NCBI GenBank assembly: GCA_037446635.1
Contig: JBBIIG010000005.1
Location: 64,880-128,879 of the forward strand
DNA: 64,000 nt
Reading direction: 5' to 3'
Source: a bacterium
GTDB taxonomy: Bacteria > Zhuqueibacterota > Zhuqueibacteria > Oceanimicrobiales > Oceanimicrobiaceae
Under the pieces are notes generated by a model. That model did no database searches and had not been told where the DNA came from. It worked only from the letters and a program-made list of their open reading frames with translations. Numbering within the stretch: the first letter of the stretch is position 1; every line of letters begins with the position of its first letter. Positions 31,001-42,200 of the stretch are shown piece by piece. Both the position numbers and the translations under genes were made by a program.

Positions 31001-31314
31001 GGCGGATCGCGATACGCCCCTACGATGCTGCGCAACTCCTTCCCCTCGATAAACTCCATCACGATAAAAATTTCGCCCTCCTTTTCCTCGATGGCGTAAA
31101 TGTGCGCGATGTTGGGATGGTTGAGCGCCGCCGCGGCCTGCGCCTCGATCATAAAACGCCGGCGCTGCTCGTCATCCACGGCCAATTGCCGCGGCAAAAA
31201 TTTGATGGCCACCTCGCGCTTGAGCCGGGTGTCTTCGGCTTTGTACACCACGCCCATACCGCCTTCGCCTAACTTTTCGAGGATTTTGTATTGGAGAATG
31301 GTTTTACCGATCAT
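28012..31314 (-). CDS. Membrane-anchored Ser/Thr protein kinase with TPR repeats
   Basis: [25 protein letters not shown] and [11 protein letters not shown] helix near residues 300-320; many TPR-like helices. Confidence 0.93.
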   Translation of the reverse strand: MIGKTILQYKILEKLGEGGMGVVYKAEDTRLKREVAIKFLPRQLAVDDEQRRRFMIEAQAAAALNHPNIAHIYAIEEKEGEIFIVMEFIEGKELRSIVGAYRDPPLPIADIIKMALQIAEGLKAAHEKGIIHRDIKSANVMITENGVAKIMDFGLAKIRGGSRLTQSGATVGTLAYMSPEQIRGDEVDPRSDIWSLGVVLYEMLTGQLPFKQDFDQVAIYSILTQEPEPITKFRKDAPAQLQDIVFTALMKDAGQRYQHISDMLADLHNVNEILPASSATAGAKKKPRRTVSAARTKSWLWPALFVFMAVVSAALATILIRVSDQKQKIAGDAATAAFDTTIHARRSVALLGFKNLSGREEMAWLSTALAEMLATELGAGEELRTIPGEVVSRMKSELALAESESFAKETLQQIRSNLGSDLIVFGSYLALGSRANSQIRLDIRMQDAVAGETIAAIAETGAESQLFDLIARAGNRIREKLGISALPEKEQIAVVAARPKDVESVKLYAQGLDKLRVHDAVAARDLLQQAAASDPNYPLTHFALSETWRQLGYEQEALNAAEKAFTLSKNLSSEDRLAVEARYRTAKREWDKAIELYQTLLQTYPDNIEYGLQLAKIKTDAGKANEAFEILERLRRLPPPASADARIDLAESAAAEAISDFKRQQAACKQARIKATTQGALVLVGKSWYDEGWALYNLGELDKALAAYDEAKRLFTLTGNRSLVADALNLIGIVHKTRGELQTARQIYDEALAIKRATGNELNVAVLLNNIAIVEKNEGNLKRAKELYEESLAMRRKLGNRSRLASPLNNLGNVLRLQGDLPGAKKMYEESAAIGAEFGNKYNQALALSNLEHVYFDSGDLAAAKQTISASLKISREMNQKLLTSDGLHHLGELLLAEGDLAGARAKLDSALALREEAAAESAFEAHLTLAEILMAENRADEAAAKIRQLQKEYRGKMIDTQEARSTALLALALLETGKLREAQQAAGRAAELIANSQYLRDRLWVNIAAARVVAENGRFAEAKKSLLQIADEAARTGLFTVKIEAQLAIGLTELKHGIAETGRSTLNFLRKEAEAQGFGLIARKASEAINKSAMTTSGF
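30996..31023. repeat. GTAG-family REP palindrome inside the kinase CDS
   Basis: GTAGAGGCGGATCGCGATACGCCCCTAC; similar to the intergenic REP at 31387; encodes VGAYRDPPL on the minus strand. Confidence 0.75.
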
Positions 31315-31386
31315 GGCTGATATTGTGACTGATTATGCGATTTATGGCGCGGTGCAAATAATTCGCGACCGTCCGTTGAGATCAAG

Positions 31387-31414
31387 GTAGGGGCGATTCA
31401 TGAATCGCCCCTAC
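31387..31414. repeat. GTAG-family REP palindrome
   Basis: Perfect palindrome GTAGGGGCGATTCATGAATCGCCCCTAC. Confidence 0.88.
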
Positions 31415-31460
31415 CTAACAAAACATTAATGTTGTGTTGTGGTTGCATAATATGCGACCG

Positions 31461-32666
31461 CTATCTTTTGGTAATCTTGTACAGCGCATTGGAACGATAG
31501 CCATCGGCTGCGGCCGCAAAAAATTCGACCCAACATTCGTTCGCAGTAACGTCGAAGCGAGCAAAGCCAAACGCTTGGTGCGAAAAAATGGTATCGTCAT
31601 TGTGCGTCACCGGCGACAATTTGCCGGCGCTGCCGGAGATAATTTGAAAATGCTCGGCATCGATTTCCAGAAATTGCAAATTGTGCTCGTGGCCGGCGAG
31701 GTAAAATGCCGCGCCGTGTTTTTTCATCAACGCGATCAAATCTTTGCGAAAGCGCCGGTAGTGGGGGTTGTCTAAATCCTGCAGCCGTTTGATGAACAGC
31801 TTATCCACGATGGTGAATAGCGTAAGCGGCGGCACCCACCAAATCGCGGTGCGGAAGCCGCCGTGCTTGCCGTGGCTTTTCACCGGGTGGTGCCCAATGA
31901 TGATTTTCCACTCAGCGTTTTCGTTCAACAACGATTCGAGAGTTTGCCAGTGTTTTTGCAACAGCTCGGTGTCGTTCTTTTGATAGATTTCCAACATCAC
32001 CTGCGTGTCGAGCGCATAAACGCCGACCAGGTTTTCGGCCGGTGTTGAAACCTTTTCCGGAATCGTCAGCGCAAAAATGTTTTCTGCTTTCAGTTGCGCG
32101 TAATTGGTGGAATCGTTGGCGTCGGAATTCTTTGCGGGATCGATGGGATAGTAGCGCCAATTGGGATAGAGCGCCTCGGCGGTGGTTTCCTGGTGGATGA
32201 CGTCGCCCCAGCCGAGTTTGCCGCCGGCGCGTCCGGCGTGATCGTGGTTGCCCGCAACCAGGTGGTAAATCAATTCGCGACCGTTGTATTTCACGTCGGA
32301 GTAAATCTCACCAAAAGTTTTTTGCAGAAGTCTGGCGGTCACCGGCTCGTTCCAGCCGGCTTTGAGCCCGACTTCGTAAATGTTATCTCCCAATTCCAGC
32401 ACAAACGGCGGCTGTGCGCGATCTCCCGGCAGCTCCGCAACATTTTTTTTCAGCGCCTGCGCCACCGCGCGCTGATTGCCGTCGCCGGTACCCCAATCGC
32501 CCAGCACATAAAACGTCACCACTTCTTTGTGATTCGGGCGCTGCGCCGGATCGCCGGGCTGAACAAAATCGCGATCGCTCAGTTTCCGCAAAAAGGGTTG
32601 GGTGTCGCTGCAGCTAATCAGCAGAATCAGCGGCAGCGCCCAGCAAAGTTTAAATCGGATTCTCAT
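31461..32666 (-). CDS. Calcineurin-like metallophosphoesterase, probable lipoprotein
   Basis: Lipobox-like LLISC; GDWG, GDNIY, GNHD, GHHP and AGHEH motifs of the purple acid phosphatase type. Confidence 0.9.
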   Translation of the reverse strand: MRIRFKLCWALPLILLISCSDTQPFLRKLSDRDFVQPGDPAQRPNHKEVVTFYVLGDWGTGDGNQRAVAQALKKNVAELPGDRAQPPFVLELGDNIYEVGLKAGWNEPVTARLLQKTFGEIYSDVKYNGRELIYHLVAGNHDHAGRAGGKLGWGDVIHQETTAEALYPNWRYYPIDPAKNSDANDSTNYAQLKAENIFALTIPEKVSTPAENLVGVYALDTQVMLEIYQKNDTELLQKHWQTLESLLNENAEWKIIIGHHPVKSHGKHGGFRTAIWWVPPLTLFTIVDKLFIKRLQDLDNPHYRRFRKDLIALMKKHGAAFYLAGHEHNLQFLEIDAEHFQIISGSAGKLSPVTHNDDTIFSHQAFGFARFDVTANECWVEFFAAAADGYRSNALYKITKR

Positions 32667-32835
32667 TCACGCCTCAAAAAATTTGAAAAAAGTAGGGATA
32701 ATAAAAACCAAAATCAAGGCGCGGCGCCTTGGATCGAAAAATGTTTTGCTTGCATTTTAGATTCGCAGAGCGTATTATAACCGAAATTTTTTCGGCAGCG
32801 TTTGATCACACCCCATCACGGAAGGAGGAACAAAA

Positions 32836-33912
32836 ATGAGATCGCCGATTCTCAATATTGTTTTCATTATTTTTGGTTTTTTGATTTTAGCCAGCTCCGC
32901 AATTGGTCAGGACAAAATCATCACCATTCCCAAACAGGTGCCCGGCGCGCCGTTTCAAGTGGAAGACACGACGGATTTGTTTGGCAAAGCCTTTCGTTGG
33001 TTTTTAGATGGCGAAGTAGAATGGGCCGCGGACAGTCTGCGCAAGCTGCTGAGTCTGTCCAATTTTGAGATGGACGAACGCAACAACTATTACATCGTGG
33101 CGGCAAATTTCAATGACCGGCTCACGCCCATCGGAATGTTTCACCAAGGCTCTGCGTTCAACGACACCCGGCTGTACGGACTCACCAGCGACTCGCTCTA
33201 TTATGTTTTCATTTCCAAAACCGACAGCGCGCGCTCGTTTTTGTCCACCGTGCTCACCGCCAAAGCCTCGCCGTTTGAAGCCAACTTGTTCGATTTTCTT
33301 TCGCTGTTTTTAGATTTTCCGCTTTCCGCGCTGCAGATGGAGGCCGCTGAAAGCCCGACGGTTTGGATCGACGTGCGCAAATATGAGATTCCGAAAAAAT
33401 TTCAGAAGAATTCCGACATCTCGATTATTGTGAGAGATTCTTTGCGCGCGAAGGAAAACTTAGCCGCCGCGGTTTTTGACAACACCGCTCTGGAGCGCTG
33501 GAGCTACGGCCTCGCCACCGCCATCACCACCATCGATGACGTCGATTTCATCATCGGCGAAGACGGCCGCATCATTGTGCGCCCCAAACCCAAAGGCGAT
33601 CTCGCGGTGTTCGGCGTCATCAATTATCATTTCTCGCCGGTCGATACCAAAGCGCCCACGCTCGCCAGCTCGCTGCATTTGCTGGGCGGGCTGCGCATCG
33701 ATAACTCCATCGAGCCGATTCTCGGGTTGGGAATGGGCCTTCCGATTGGGATTCCCGTTGAAGTGCATCTCTTTGCCGGCGGCAGCGTGCAGTTCGCCAA
33801 CGAGCTGAAATCCGGTTTTGCGATTGGCGATTTCGTCGGCGAGGACGTCAACCCGTTTAAGTTGAAGGTGCGCGCGCGAACCCGTTTTGGCATCGAATTG
33901 AAGTTTCCGTGA
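32836..33912 (+). CDS. Exported hypothetical protein, possibly with a C-terminal beta-barrel
   Basis: RBS AGGAGG, signal peptide, amphipathic beta-strand C-terminus (RTRFGIELKFP). Confidence 0.7.
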   Translation: MRSPILNIVFIIFGFLILASSAIGQDKIITIPKQVPGAPFQVEDTTDLFGKAFRWFLDGEVEWAADSLRKLLSLSNFEMDERNNYYIVAANFNDRLTPIGMFHQGSAFNDTRLYGLTSDSLYYVFISKTDSARSFLSTVLTAKASPFEANLFDFLSLFLDFPLSALQMEAAESPTVWIDVRKYEIPKKFQKNSDISIIVRDSLRAKENLAAAVFDNTALERWSYGLATAITTIDDVDFIIGEDGRIIVRPKPKGDLAVFGVINYHFSPVDTKAPTLASSLHLLGGLRIDNSIEPILGLGMGLPIGIPVEVHLFAGGSVQFANELKSGFAIGDFVGEDVNPFKLKVRARTRFGIELKFP

Positions 33913-33920
33913 GAAGCAAA

Positions 33921-34066
33921 GGGGCTGTCCAAAAAGGTACTTGTCATTGCCTGCCTGTGGCAGACAGGCGAGCAAAGCGAAGCAATCTCATGATTCTGTG
34001 CTCAAAATGATGAGATTCGTCGCTGTCGCTCCTCACAATGACATTTTCACCCTTTTTGGACAACCC
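33921..34066. repeat. Three-level nested palindromic repeat
   Basis: Outer inverted repeat GGCTGTCCAAAAAGG/CCTTTTTGGACAACC; inner GTCATT(33943)...AATGAC(34042); innermost GCCTGCCTGTGGCAGACAGGC (33949-33969). Confidence 0.8.
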
Positions 34067-34092
34067 GTTAAATTGCATTTGAATTCACCACC

Positions 34093-34998
34093 ATGGCCAT
34101 CGTTTACCTCATCGACGCCAGCCCGTACATTTTCCGCGCCTACTTTTCGCTGCCGGCCGCCATCCAATCCGCCGACGGCCGGCAGGTCAACGCGGTGTAC
34201 GGCTTCACCGAGTTTCTCATCCAAGTTCTCACGAAAGCGCGGCCAACCCATCTCGCTGTGGCATTTGACGGCAGCCTCACCACCTCGTTTCGCAACGAAA
34301 TTTATCCGGAGTACAAAGCCCAGCGCGCGCTGCCGCCAGCGGAATTGCAGGCGCAGTTAGACTGGTGTTTTCAAGTAACGAAAGCGATGGGCATGGCGGC
34401 GTTCATCGACGAGCGCTACGAGGCCGACGACATCATCGGGACGCTGGCGACGCAGGTCGCCGCCGCTGGCCAGGCCGCGGTGGTGGTTTCCAGCGATAAA
34501 GATTTGGCGCAGTTGGTCAACGAGCACATAAGCTATTGGGATTTTGCCCGCAACCAGCGTTATGACCCCGCGGCGGTGCGAAAAAAATTTGGCGTCTCCC
34601 CGCAGCAAATCCCCGATTTGCTGGCGCTCATGGGCGACGCCGTCGATAATATCCCCGGCGTGAAAGGCGTGGGGCGCAAAACCGCCGCGGCGCTGCTGAA
34701 TCATTTTGCTCATATCGAGGAGTTGTATGAAAATATCGATGCGCTGGGGCAACTGCCGCTGCGCGCCGGCGCCGCTTTGAAGGCCGCGCTGCTGGCGCAA
34801 AAAGAACAGGCGCGGCTATCGAAAAAGTTGGCCGCCATCGCCACAGATATGCCGGTGGAATATGAAGCCAACGCATTGAAATATTCCGGCGCGAAAAGGA
34901 AGTTGGTGGAGCCGCTGTTCTCGCGCTTGAGTTTTGAGCGGCTCAAAAACCGCATCCCAATTTGGGAAGCGCCCCCGAAAAATGATTTGACTTTTTAA
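34093..34998 (+). CDS. Stand-alone 5'-3' exonuclease / flap endonuclease (Xni/ExoIX-like)
   Basis: YLIDAS.YIFRAYF, FR.EIYPEYKAQR, EADDIIGTLA, SSDKDL.QL and GDAVDNIPGVKGVG.KTA; no polymerase domain. Confidence 0.92.
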   Translation: MAIVYLIDASPYIFRAYFSLPAAIQSADGRQVNAVYGFTEFLIQVLTKARPTHLAVAFDGSLTTSFRNEIYPEYKAQRALPPAELQAQLDWCFQVTKAMGMAAFIDERYEADDIIGTLATQVAAAGQAAVVVSSDKDLAQLVNEHISYWDFARNQRYDPAAVRKKFGVSPQQIPDLLALMGDAVDNIPGVKGVGRKTAAALLNHFAHIEELYENIDALGQLPLRAGAALKAALLAQKEQARLSKKLAAIATDMPVEYEANALKYSGAKRKLVEPLFSRLSFERLKNRIPIWEAPPKNDLTF

Positions 34999-35128
34999 TC
35001 CATATCGGTTATATTCCCCACGCATCAAAATCCCCCGGACTTTTGCAATCTCATCGCGACCAATTGAATCATCGATGAAGTATTTTTTTGGGAACTAACG
35101 TATCGAACGAACTGAGAGGAGGGGGTAT

Positions 35129-35620
35129 ATGAAGGAAGACGAAATTCGCAGATTAGTTAAAATCGTTGAGGAGAGCAACATTGGGGAGTTGGAAATTTCG
35201 CGGTGGGGACGGACCATCAAGATTTCCAAGTTTCCTCAAAACTCCAAGGCCTATGCTAATTCCAACGCTCATGCCAGCCCGACCTATACTATTCCCGCTG
35301 CGCCGCCGGTTGCTGTCGCGCCGTCGGTGCCGGTTGAACCCCAACCAGTAGAAACCCCGCCCAAAGCCGCCGATAAAAAGATTGTCGAAATCAAGGCGCC
35401 GATGGTGGGAACGTTTTATCGATCGCCGGCGCCCGACGCGGACCCGTATGTTGAGCTGAACGATACCATCAAAAAGGGGCAGGTGGTGTGCATCATCGAG
35501 GCGATGAAGTTGATGAACGAAATCGAGTCGGAATTCGATGGGCGGATCATCGAGGCTTTGGTAGAAAATGGCCAGCCCGTGGAATACAATCAGCCGCTGT
35601 TTAAGCTTGAGCAATTTTGA
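35129..35620 (+). CDS. accB: Acetyl-CoA carboxylase biotin carboxyl carrier protein
   Basis: APMVGTFYRSP and EAMKLMNEI biotinylation motif. Confidence 0.97.
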   Translation: MKEDEIRRLVKIVEESNIGELEISRWGRTIKISKFPQNSKAYANSNAHASPTYTIPAAPPVAVAPSVPVEPQPVETPPKAADKKIVEIKAPMVGTFYRSPAPDADPYVELNDTIKKGQVVCIIEAMKLMNEIESEFDGRIIEALVENGQPVEYNQPLFKLEQF

Positions 35621-35651
35621 ATTTGAACCCTTCCAGTTTTGAGATCAATCC

Positions 35652-37007
<1,356 letters not shown>

Positions 37008-37065
37008 AATATTGGCCGGCGGGTTTGACCAAGGCTGTTGTAGAATGTTTATATGATTGATCCTA

Positions 37066-37179
37066 AACCGCGGATTTTTTTTATATTTGAGTTGACTCAG
37101 TTGATTTTCATATCAAAACCTTTGCGTTCTCAGCCTGCACGCCGCTGCGCTTTGGCAGGCGGTCGACCTCTGCGGTGAA
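37066..37179. repeat. ACCGC...GCGGT repeat element with nested GCCTG...CAGGC insert
   Basis: CTTTGCGTTCTCAGC[CTGCACGCCGCTGCGCTTTGGCAGGC]GGTCGACCTCTGCGGTG. Confidence 0.55.
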
Positions 37180-37216
37180 TCATTCAAGTTAGAGAGCAAT
37201 CAGGAAAGGAGATCTC

Positions 37217-37594
37217 ATGCAAATTCCGGAAGAACTGAGCTACACATCAGAACACGAGTGGGTGGCTTTAGAAGGGGACCTGGCCACCATCGGCATCACC
37301 GATTATGCCCAGGGCGAATTAGGCGACATCGTGTTTGTGGATTTGCCCAAACCCGGCGCCGCCACCACGCAAATGCAGCCCTTCGGCGCCATCGAAGCGG
37401 TGAAGGCGGTCTCGGATCTTTACGCCCCGCTCAGCGGCGAAGTGGTAGAGATCAATGAGAAGCTCGCGGATCAACCGGAGCTGATTAATCAATCGCCCTA
37501 CGGCGACGGCTGGCTGATCAAGCTAAAAATTAAAGACCGCGCCGAGCTCAAGAAGCTGCTTTCCGCGGAAGATTACCGCGCCCAGATTGCTTGA
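37217..37594 (+). CDS. gcvH: Glycine cleavage system H protein
   Basis: HEWV, GITDYAQGELGDIVFV, EAVKAVSD (lipoyl-Lys) and INQSPYGDGW motifs. Confidence 0.97.
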   Translation: MQIPEELSYTSEHEWVALEGDLATIGITDYAQGELGDIVFVDLPKPGAATTQMQPFGAIEAVKAVSDLYAPLSGEVVEINEKLADQPELINQSPYGDGWLIKLKIKDRAELKKLLSAEDYRAQIA

Positions 37595-37818
37595 AACAGG
37601 TGTAATAGTATGATACAGTTTTATGGGAGAATTTCGCCTGTGGCGCCAGCGGCCCCAAGCGCCAATTCACCGTGAAACCAATGAGTTATTGCCATTGAGT
37701 TTTTTAGGATTGATCTGGCATAATAGTTGTTTCACGAGTTTTCGATTCAGCACTTTCTTACTAAAGTTGTGACGCCGTCTGCCGATGATGAGACAAAGGC
37801 CAGCGGCTAAAAAACATC

Positions 37819-37847
37819 TTGACAAAAAAGTTTTTATTCTATATATT
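37819..37847 (+). promoter_or_regulatory. Sigma70-type promoter upstream of the porV leader
   Basis: TTGACA-N17-TATATT. Confidence 0.7.
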
Positions 37848-37858
37848 CGCCTAAAATT

Positions 37859-38040
37859 TCAGGAGTCGCCTATACAGTTTCGTTAAAGGTTTTGTTTGAT
37901 TGTTTAAAAATTAATTGGTTGAAAATCAGGTTATCTTAACCTTTAACGAATCATGTATGTATGGGCGCTGAGCCCGAATGTTTAGAGGATTCTATCGCGA
38001 GATAGAATCGAGTCGTCTTTGGCATTCGGTTTTTTATTTT
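37859..38040 (+). ncRNA. Candidate structured RNA (leader or sRNA)
   Basis: Long hairpin (CGCCTATAC/GTATGGGCG, TTCGTTAAAGGTT/AACCTTTAACGAA), then a CCGAATG..GATTCTATC-GCGA-GATAGAATC..CATTCGG hairpin and a T tract. Confidence 0.45.
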
Positions 38041-38118
38041 GTGCCCGCCTGTGATTCAAGCAAAGCATATAAATTAAAGCATATAAAATTTGAGTAACCC
38101 TAAGTGGAGGTACGTATC

Positions 38119-39153
38119 ATGAAGAAACTAATCACGTCGGTACTGGCGCTGCTGCTGGTGACCTTCGCGGCGTCGAACGTGTTCGCGGTGAGCGAAGCCG
38201 CGGTGCTCTTTCTCCTCATTTCTCCCAATGCCCGCGCCGGCGGAATGGGAGAAGCCTTTGCCGGCGTCGCCGATGATGTTTCAGCAGTTTACTGGAATCC
38301 CGCTGGATTGGCCTTTCAACAGGGCAAGCAGTTTACGTCGATGTACTCGCGTTGGCTGCCGCAGTTCAATTTGGATGATCTTTATTTTCTGTTTGGCGCT
38401 TACCGGCAATCCATCGAGGGTTTGGGCACGATTGGCATCAACGTGACCTACATCAATTTGGGCGAACAAATCCGCACCGGTGAATCCCCTGATGACATTC
38501 TGGGCACGTTCAACAGCAACGAGTGGGCGCTCACGCTTTCCTATGGCACGCTGCTGTCGGAGAATTTGGGCGTCGGCGTGAATGTGCGCTACATCCGCAG
38601 CAATCTTTCCGACGTGGGAATCGGCAGCGACCCTAATGACGGCCGCGCCAACGCATTTGCCGTCGATTTAGGGGTTCTTAAGAAAAACTTTTTGATCAAC
38701 CGTTTGAATTTAGGCGTGAATGTTTCCAACATCGGCCCAAAAGTCACCTACGTCGATGCCGATCAGGCCGATCCACTTCCTACCAACTTCCGGCTGGGTT
38801 TTGCTTATCGCGCCGTGGAGCAGGAATTCAACCGCCTCACGTTCGTATTTGACGTCAACAAGCTTTTGGTGAACAAACACACCGACGGCACCTCCGATTC
38901 GGTTATCAAAGCTTTTGCGACCGCCTGGGGCAACGACAACTACATTTTCAACCTTGGCGCCGAATACTGGTACGCCAATCTCATCGCCCTGCGCGCCGGC
39001 TACAACCACGACGAGGCCGGCAAGAACAAATATTTGACCGTGGGCGCGGGCTTGCGTTACGCTATTTACCAATTTGATTTTGGTTACATCTCCGCCGGCC
39101 AGAATCACCCGCTTCAAGATACCATGCGCTTTTCACTAACGGTTGGAAAGTAA
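38119..39153 (+). CDS. porV: PorV/PorQ family T9SS outer-membrane protein
   Basis: Signal peptide, FLLISPNARAGGMGEA..GVADD..A.YWNPAGLAF, WLPQF and ADPLPTN.RLG motifs; RBS GGAGG. Confidence 0.85.
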   Translation: MKKLITSVLALLLVTFAASNVFAVSEAAVLFLLISPNARAGGMGEAFAGVADDVSAVYWNPAGLAFQQGKQFTSMYSRWLPQFNLDDLYFLFGAYRQSIEGLGTIGINVTYINLGEQIRTGESPDDILGTFNSNEWALTLSYGTLLSENLGVGVNVRYIRSNLSDVGIGSDPNDGRANAFAVDLGVLKKNFLINRLNLGVNVSNIGPKVTYVDADQADPLPTNFRLGFAYRAVEQEFNRLTFVFDVNKLLVNKHTDGTSDSVIKAFATAWGNDNYIFNLGAEYWYANLIALRAGYNHDEAGKNKYLTVGAGLRYAIYQFDFGYISAGQNHPLQDTMRFSLTVGK

Positions 39154-39162
39154 ATTTCTGAA

Positions 39163-39205
39163 AGAGCGCCGCGCAATTTAAAAGCCGGCGCTCTTCTATT
39201 TTTTC
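39163..39205 (+). terminator. Hairpin, possible terminator after porV
   Basis: AGAGCGCCG...CGGCGCTCT followed by a T-rich tract. Confidence 0.5.
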
Positions 39206-39260
39206 TGCACAGAAAAAAAACCTTTGGCGGTTTTTAGCCGATTCGAGCATTTCTTAATTT

Positions 39261-42200
39261 ATGCCGGTAAAAAGTCTTACATTTTTTTTGGGGCTGCTTA
39301 CACTATTGCTGTGCCAAACCGCTTTTTCGCAAACTCCGAATTTGAAGTTGCGACCCGGCGGGATTTCCGACCGCCCGTTATTAAAAATCGGCTCGCCCGC
39401 TGAGCGCTTGCGCGCCGGCGCGATTTTGAAAGCCGCCGCGGCAGACACCGTAAGAATCCTTGCCATCCGCGTCGATTTTCCGGCGGACGACAATCCACTC
39501 ACCACCGGCAACGGCAAATTTATTTTGACGGCCGCAGACGAAGCCACCATCGATCCGCCACCGCACAATCGTGCCTATTTCGAGCACCAACTGCTGGCGC
39601 TCGCCAATTATTTTCGTACGGTTTCAAATGGGCAGCTCGTTATCGAATTTGAAGTCTTTCCCGAAGACCTCAACGGCGCCTTCACCGTTTCGCAACAAAT
39701 GAGTTTTTATTCGCCTACCCGCGACGAAGAATTGCTCGACCAAAGGCTCAGCGAATTATTTGCCGAAGGATTTCAATTAGCCGACGCCAGCGGCGCCATC
39801 GATTTCTCCCGATTCGACAGTTTTATTCTCTTTCACGCTGGCGTCGGTTTGGATTTTGCGTTGGATTTCGATCCCACCCCGCAGGACATCCCCTCGGTGT
39901 TTTTGGATTTCGCCACCCTGCAGGAGAAGCTCGGCAACAACGATCCCAATTATCCCGGCATTCCCGTCAACGGCGGCGCCGCGTTCATTCGCGACGGCAT
40001 CATCCTGCCGGAAACTCAAAGCCAGGAAGGTTTTGAGATCGGCCTGCTGGGCACCGCCGCCATCATGTTCGGCCACCAATTAGGGTTACCCAATTTGTTC
40101 AACACCGACACCGGCCGCTCCGGCATCGGCGTGTTTGGTTTGATGGATCAGGGTTCCGGAAATTTTTTCGGGCTGCTGCCCGCCGAACCCTGCGCCTGGT
40201 CCAAAGTCTTTTTAGGATGGGAGACCCCCATTGAAATTCGCAATGGTGAAAATTTGCCGGCGGCGGCGCCGCGCTCGCCAGCGCCTCAAAAAATTTATAA
40301 AATTCCCATCAACAGCAACGAATATTTTCTGATTGAAAATCGCCTCCGCGACGCTAACAACGATAACGTCGCCATTGGCCGCGACGCCGCCGGTACCCGC
40401 GTGGAATTCCACTGGGACCAACAGGGGCAGCGGCTGATCGCAGCGGCGCCCCTCGGTGTGATCACGCAAGTCAACGAGTACGATTTCGGATTGCCCGGCT
40501 CCGGCATTTTGATCTGGCACATCGATGAAGCTGTGATTCGCGAAACGTTTGCGGAAAATCGTGTGAACGCCGATCCCAATCGCCGCGGCGTCGATCTCGA
40601 GGAAGCCGACGGCGCGCAGGATATCGGGCAACTTTATGGATTTTTGAGCGCGGGCGCCGGCTCGGAAAACGGCGTCACCGAAGATATGTTCTGGGCTTCG
40701 AATGACATCAACACGTTGGTCAACAACTCGCAGGTGGTGGAATTCACCCCTAACACCAAACCCAACAGCCGCTCGAATTCCGGCGCAAACACCCATATTG
40801 AAATCAACCATTTCAGCGAGCCGGGCGAAGTGATGACGTTCAGTGTGCGCGAGGAGATTTCTAAAGCCGGCTTTCCGCAATTTGTCGGCGAGTCTGGGAC
40901 GCTCACCAATTCGCCCATCGCGGCAGACTTGGACGGCGACGGCGCCCGTGAAATTATCTGGAGTTCCAACCTCTCGGCGCGGGTTTTGGTTTGGAAATCC
41001 GACGGCTCGAAATTCATCCCTAATTCGGAGGTTGCTTCCCGCCAAAAAATTAACGGCGGAATCGAGTCGCTGCCGTTAGCTCTTTTTGCCGAACCCGCCG
41101 GGACGTTTTGTTTTTCGCCCGCCGTCGCGGAGCTGAACCAGCAGCGCTTTGTGGTCGTGGCCACCGACCAGGCGGCGGCGGTGTATTCCCCTGAAGATTT
41201 GGACGGCAACGGCCGCGCCGATCAATTATTTTCGTTTCAAAACGGCGAGACTTTCTCCACTCATCCGATGGTCATTCAAAAATCGGGCGAATTTAAAATC
41301 ATTATCGGCGCAGCGAGCGGCCGGATTTTTTCTATCAATCACAGCGGCAGCAGTTTGGAGTTAGCTCAAATTATCTCGCACACCATCTCCGGTTTTGCGT
41401 GGTATTTTCCCGATGGCATTGTTTTTAACACCAAACAAGGCGCCGTGGGTCTGCTGGCCGAGGACGGCCTGCTCTGGCAAACCTCCACCAACCGCGCCAG
41501 TTCAAAAACGCCGGTGGTCGGCGATCTTGACAAAGACGGGACGCTCGATATCATTCATATCAGCGACGACGGCACGATCCACGTTTTCGATCAAAACGGC
41601 GGCGCGCTGGCCGGGTTCCCCCGGGCCACCAACGTTTCGCCGGCTTCGCACATTGGTCTGGCCGATTTGAACGGCGACGTGTTCCTGGAAATGGTGCTGA
41701 TCGCGGATAACAAAATTTACGCATTCAACCGCTTTGGCTTTCTCGCCGAGGGTTTTCCAATTGCGATCTCGTCCTCCCCGTCGTCGATTCTTTCTTCGCC
41801 GGTGTTGGCGGATATCAACCGCGACGGCCGAGCAGAGCTGTTTTCCGGAGCGAACGAAAACCAGATTGCTGCGGTGCAGGCCACGGGCGCGAGGCTGCCT
41901 GAGTTTCCTCTCTCCACCGGCGCAGCGGTTAACTCCACAATCGTTCTTTCCGATATTGAAAATGACGGCGCGCTGGATCTCGCCGCGGCGGCCGATGACG
42001 GCTTCCTCTACGTTTGGGGCTTGCAGCGCGATTTTAACCCGGACGATATTTTCTGGGGCGAGTTTTTGGCCAATTCGCAGCATATTAATTTTTATGTTGA
42101 TGAACGTACCCCGCCGGCGCCGGCCGGTGACCTGCTGCCGGCAAATTCGGTTTATAATTACCCCAATCCCACGGAGGGCGATCGCACCACCATTCGGTAC

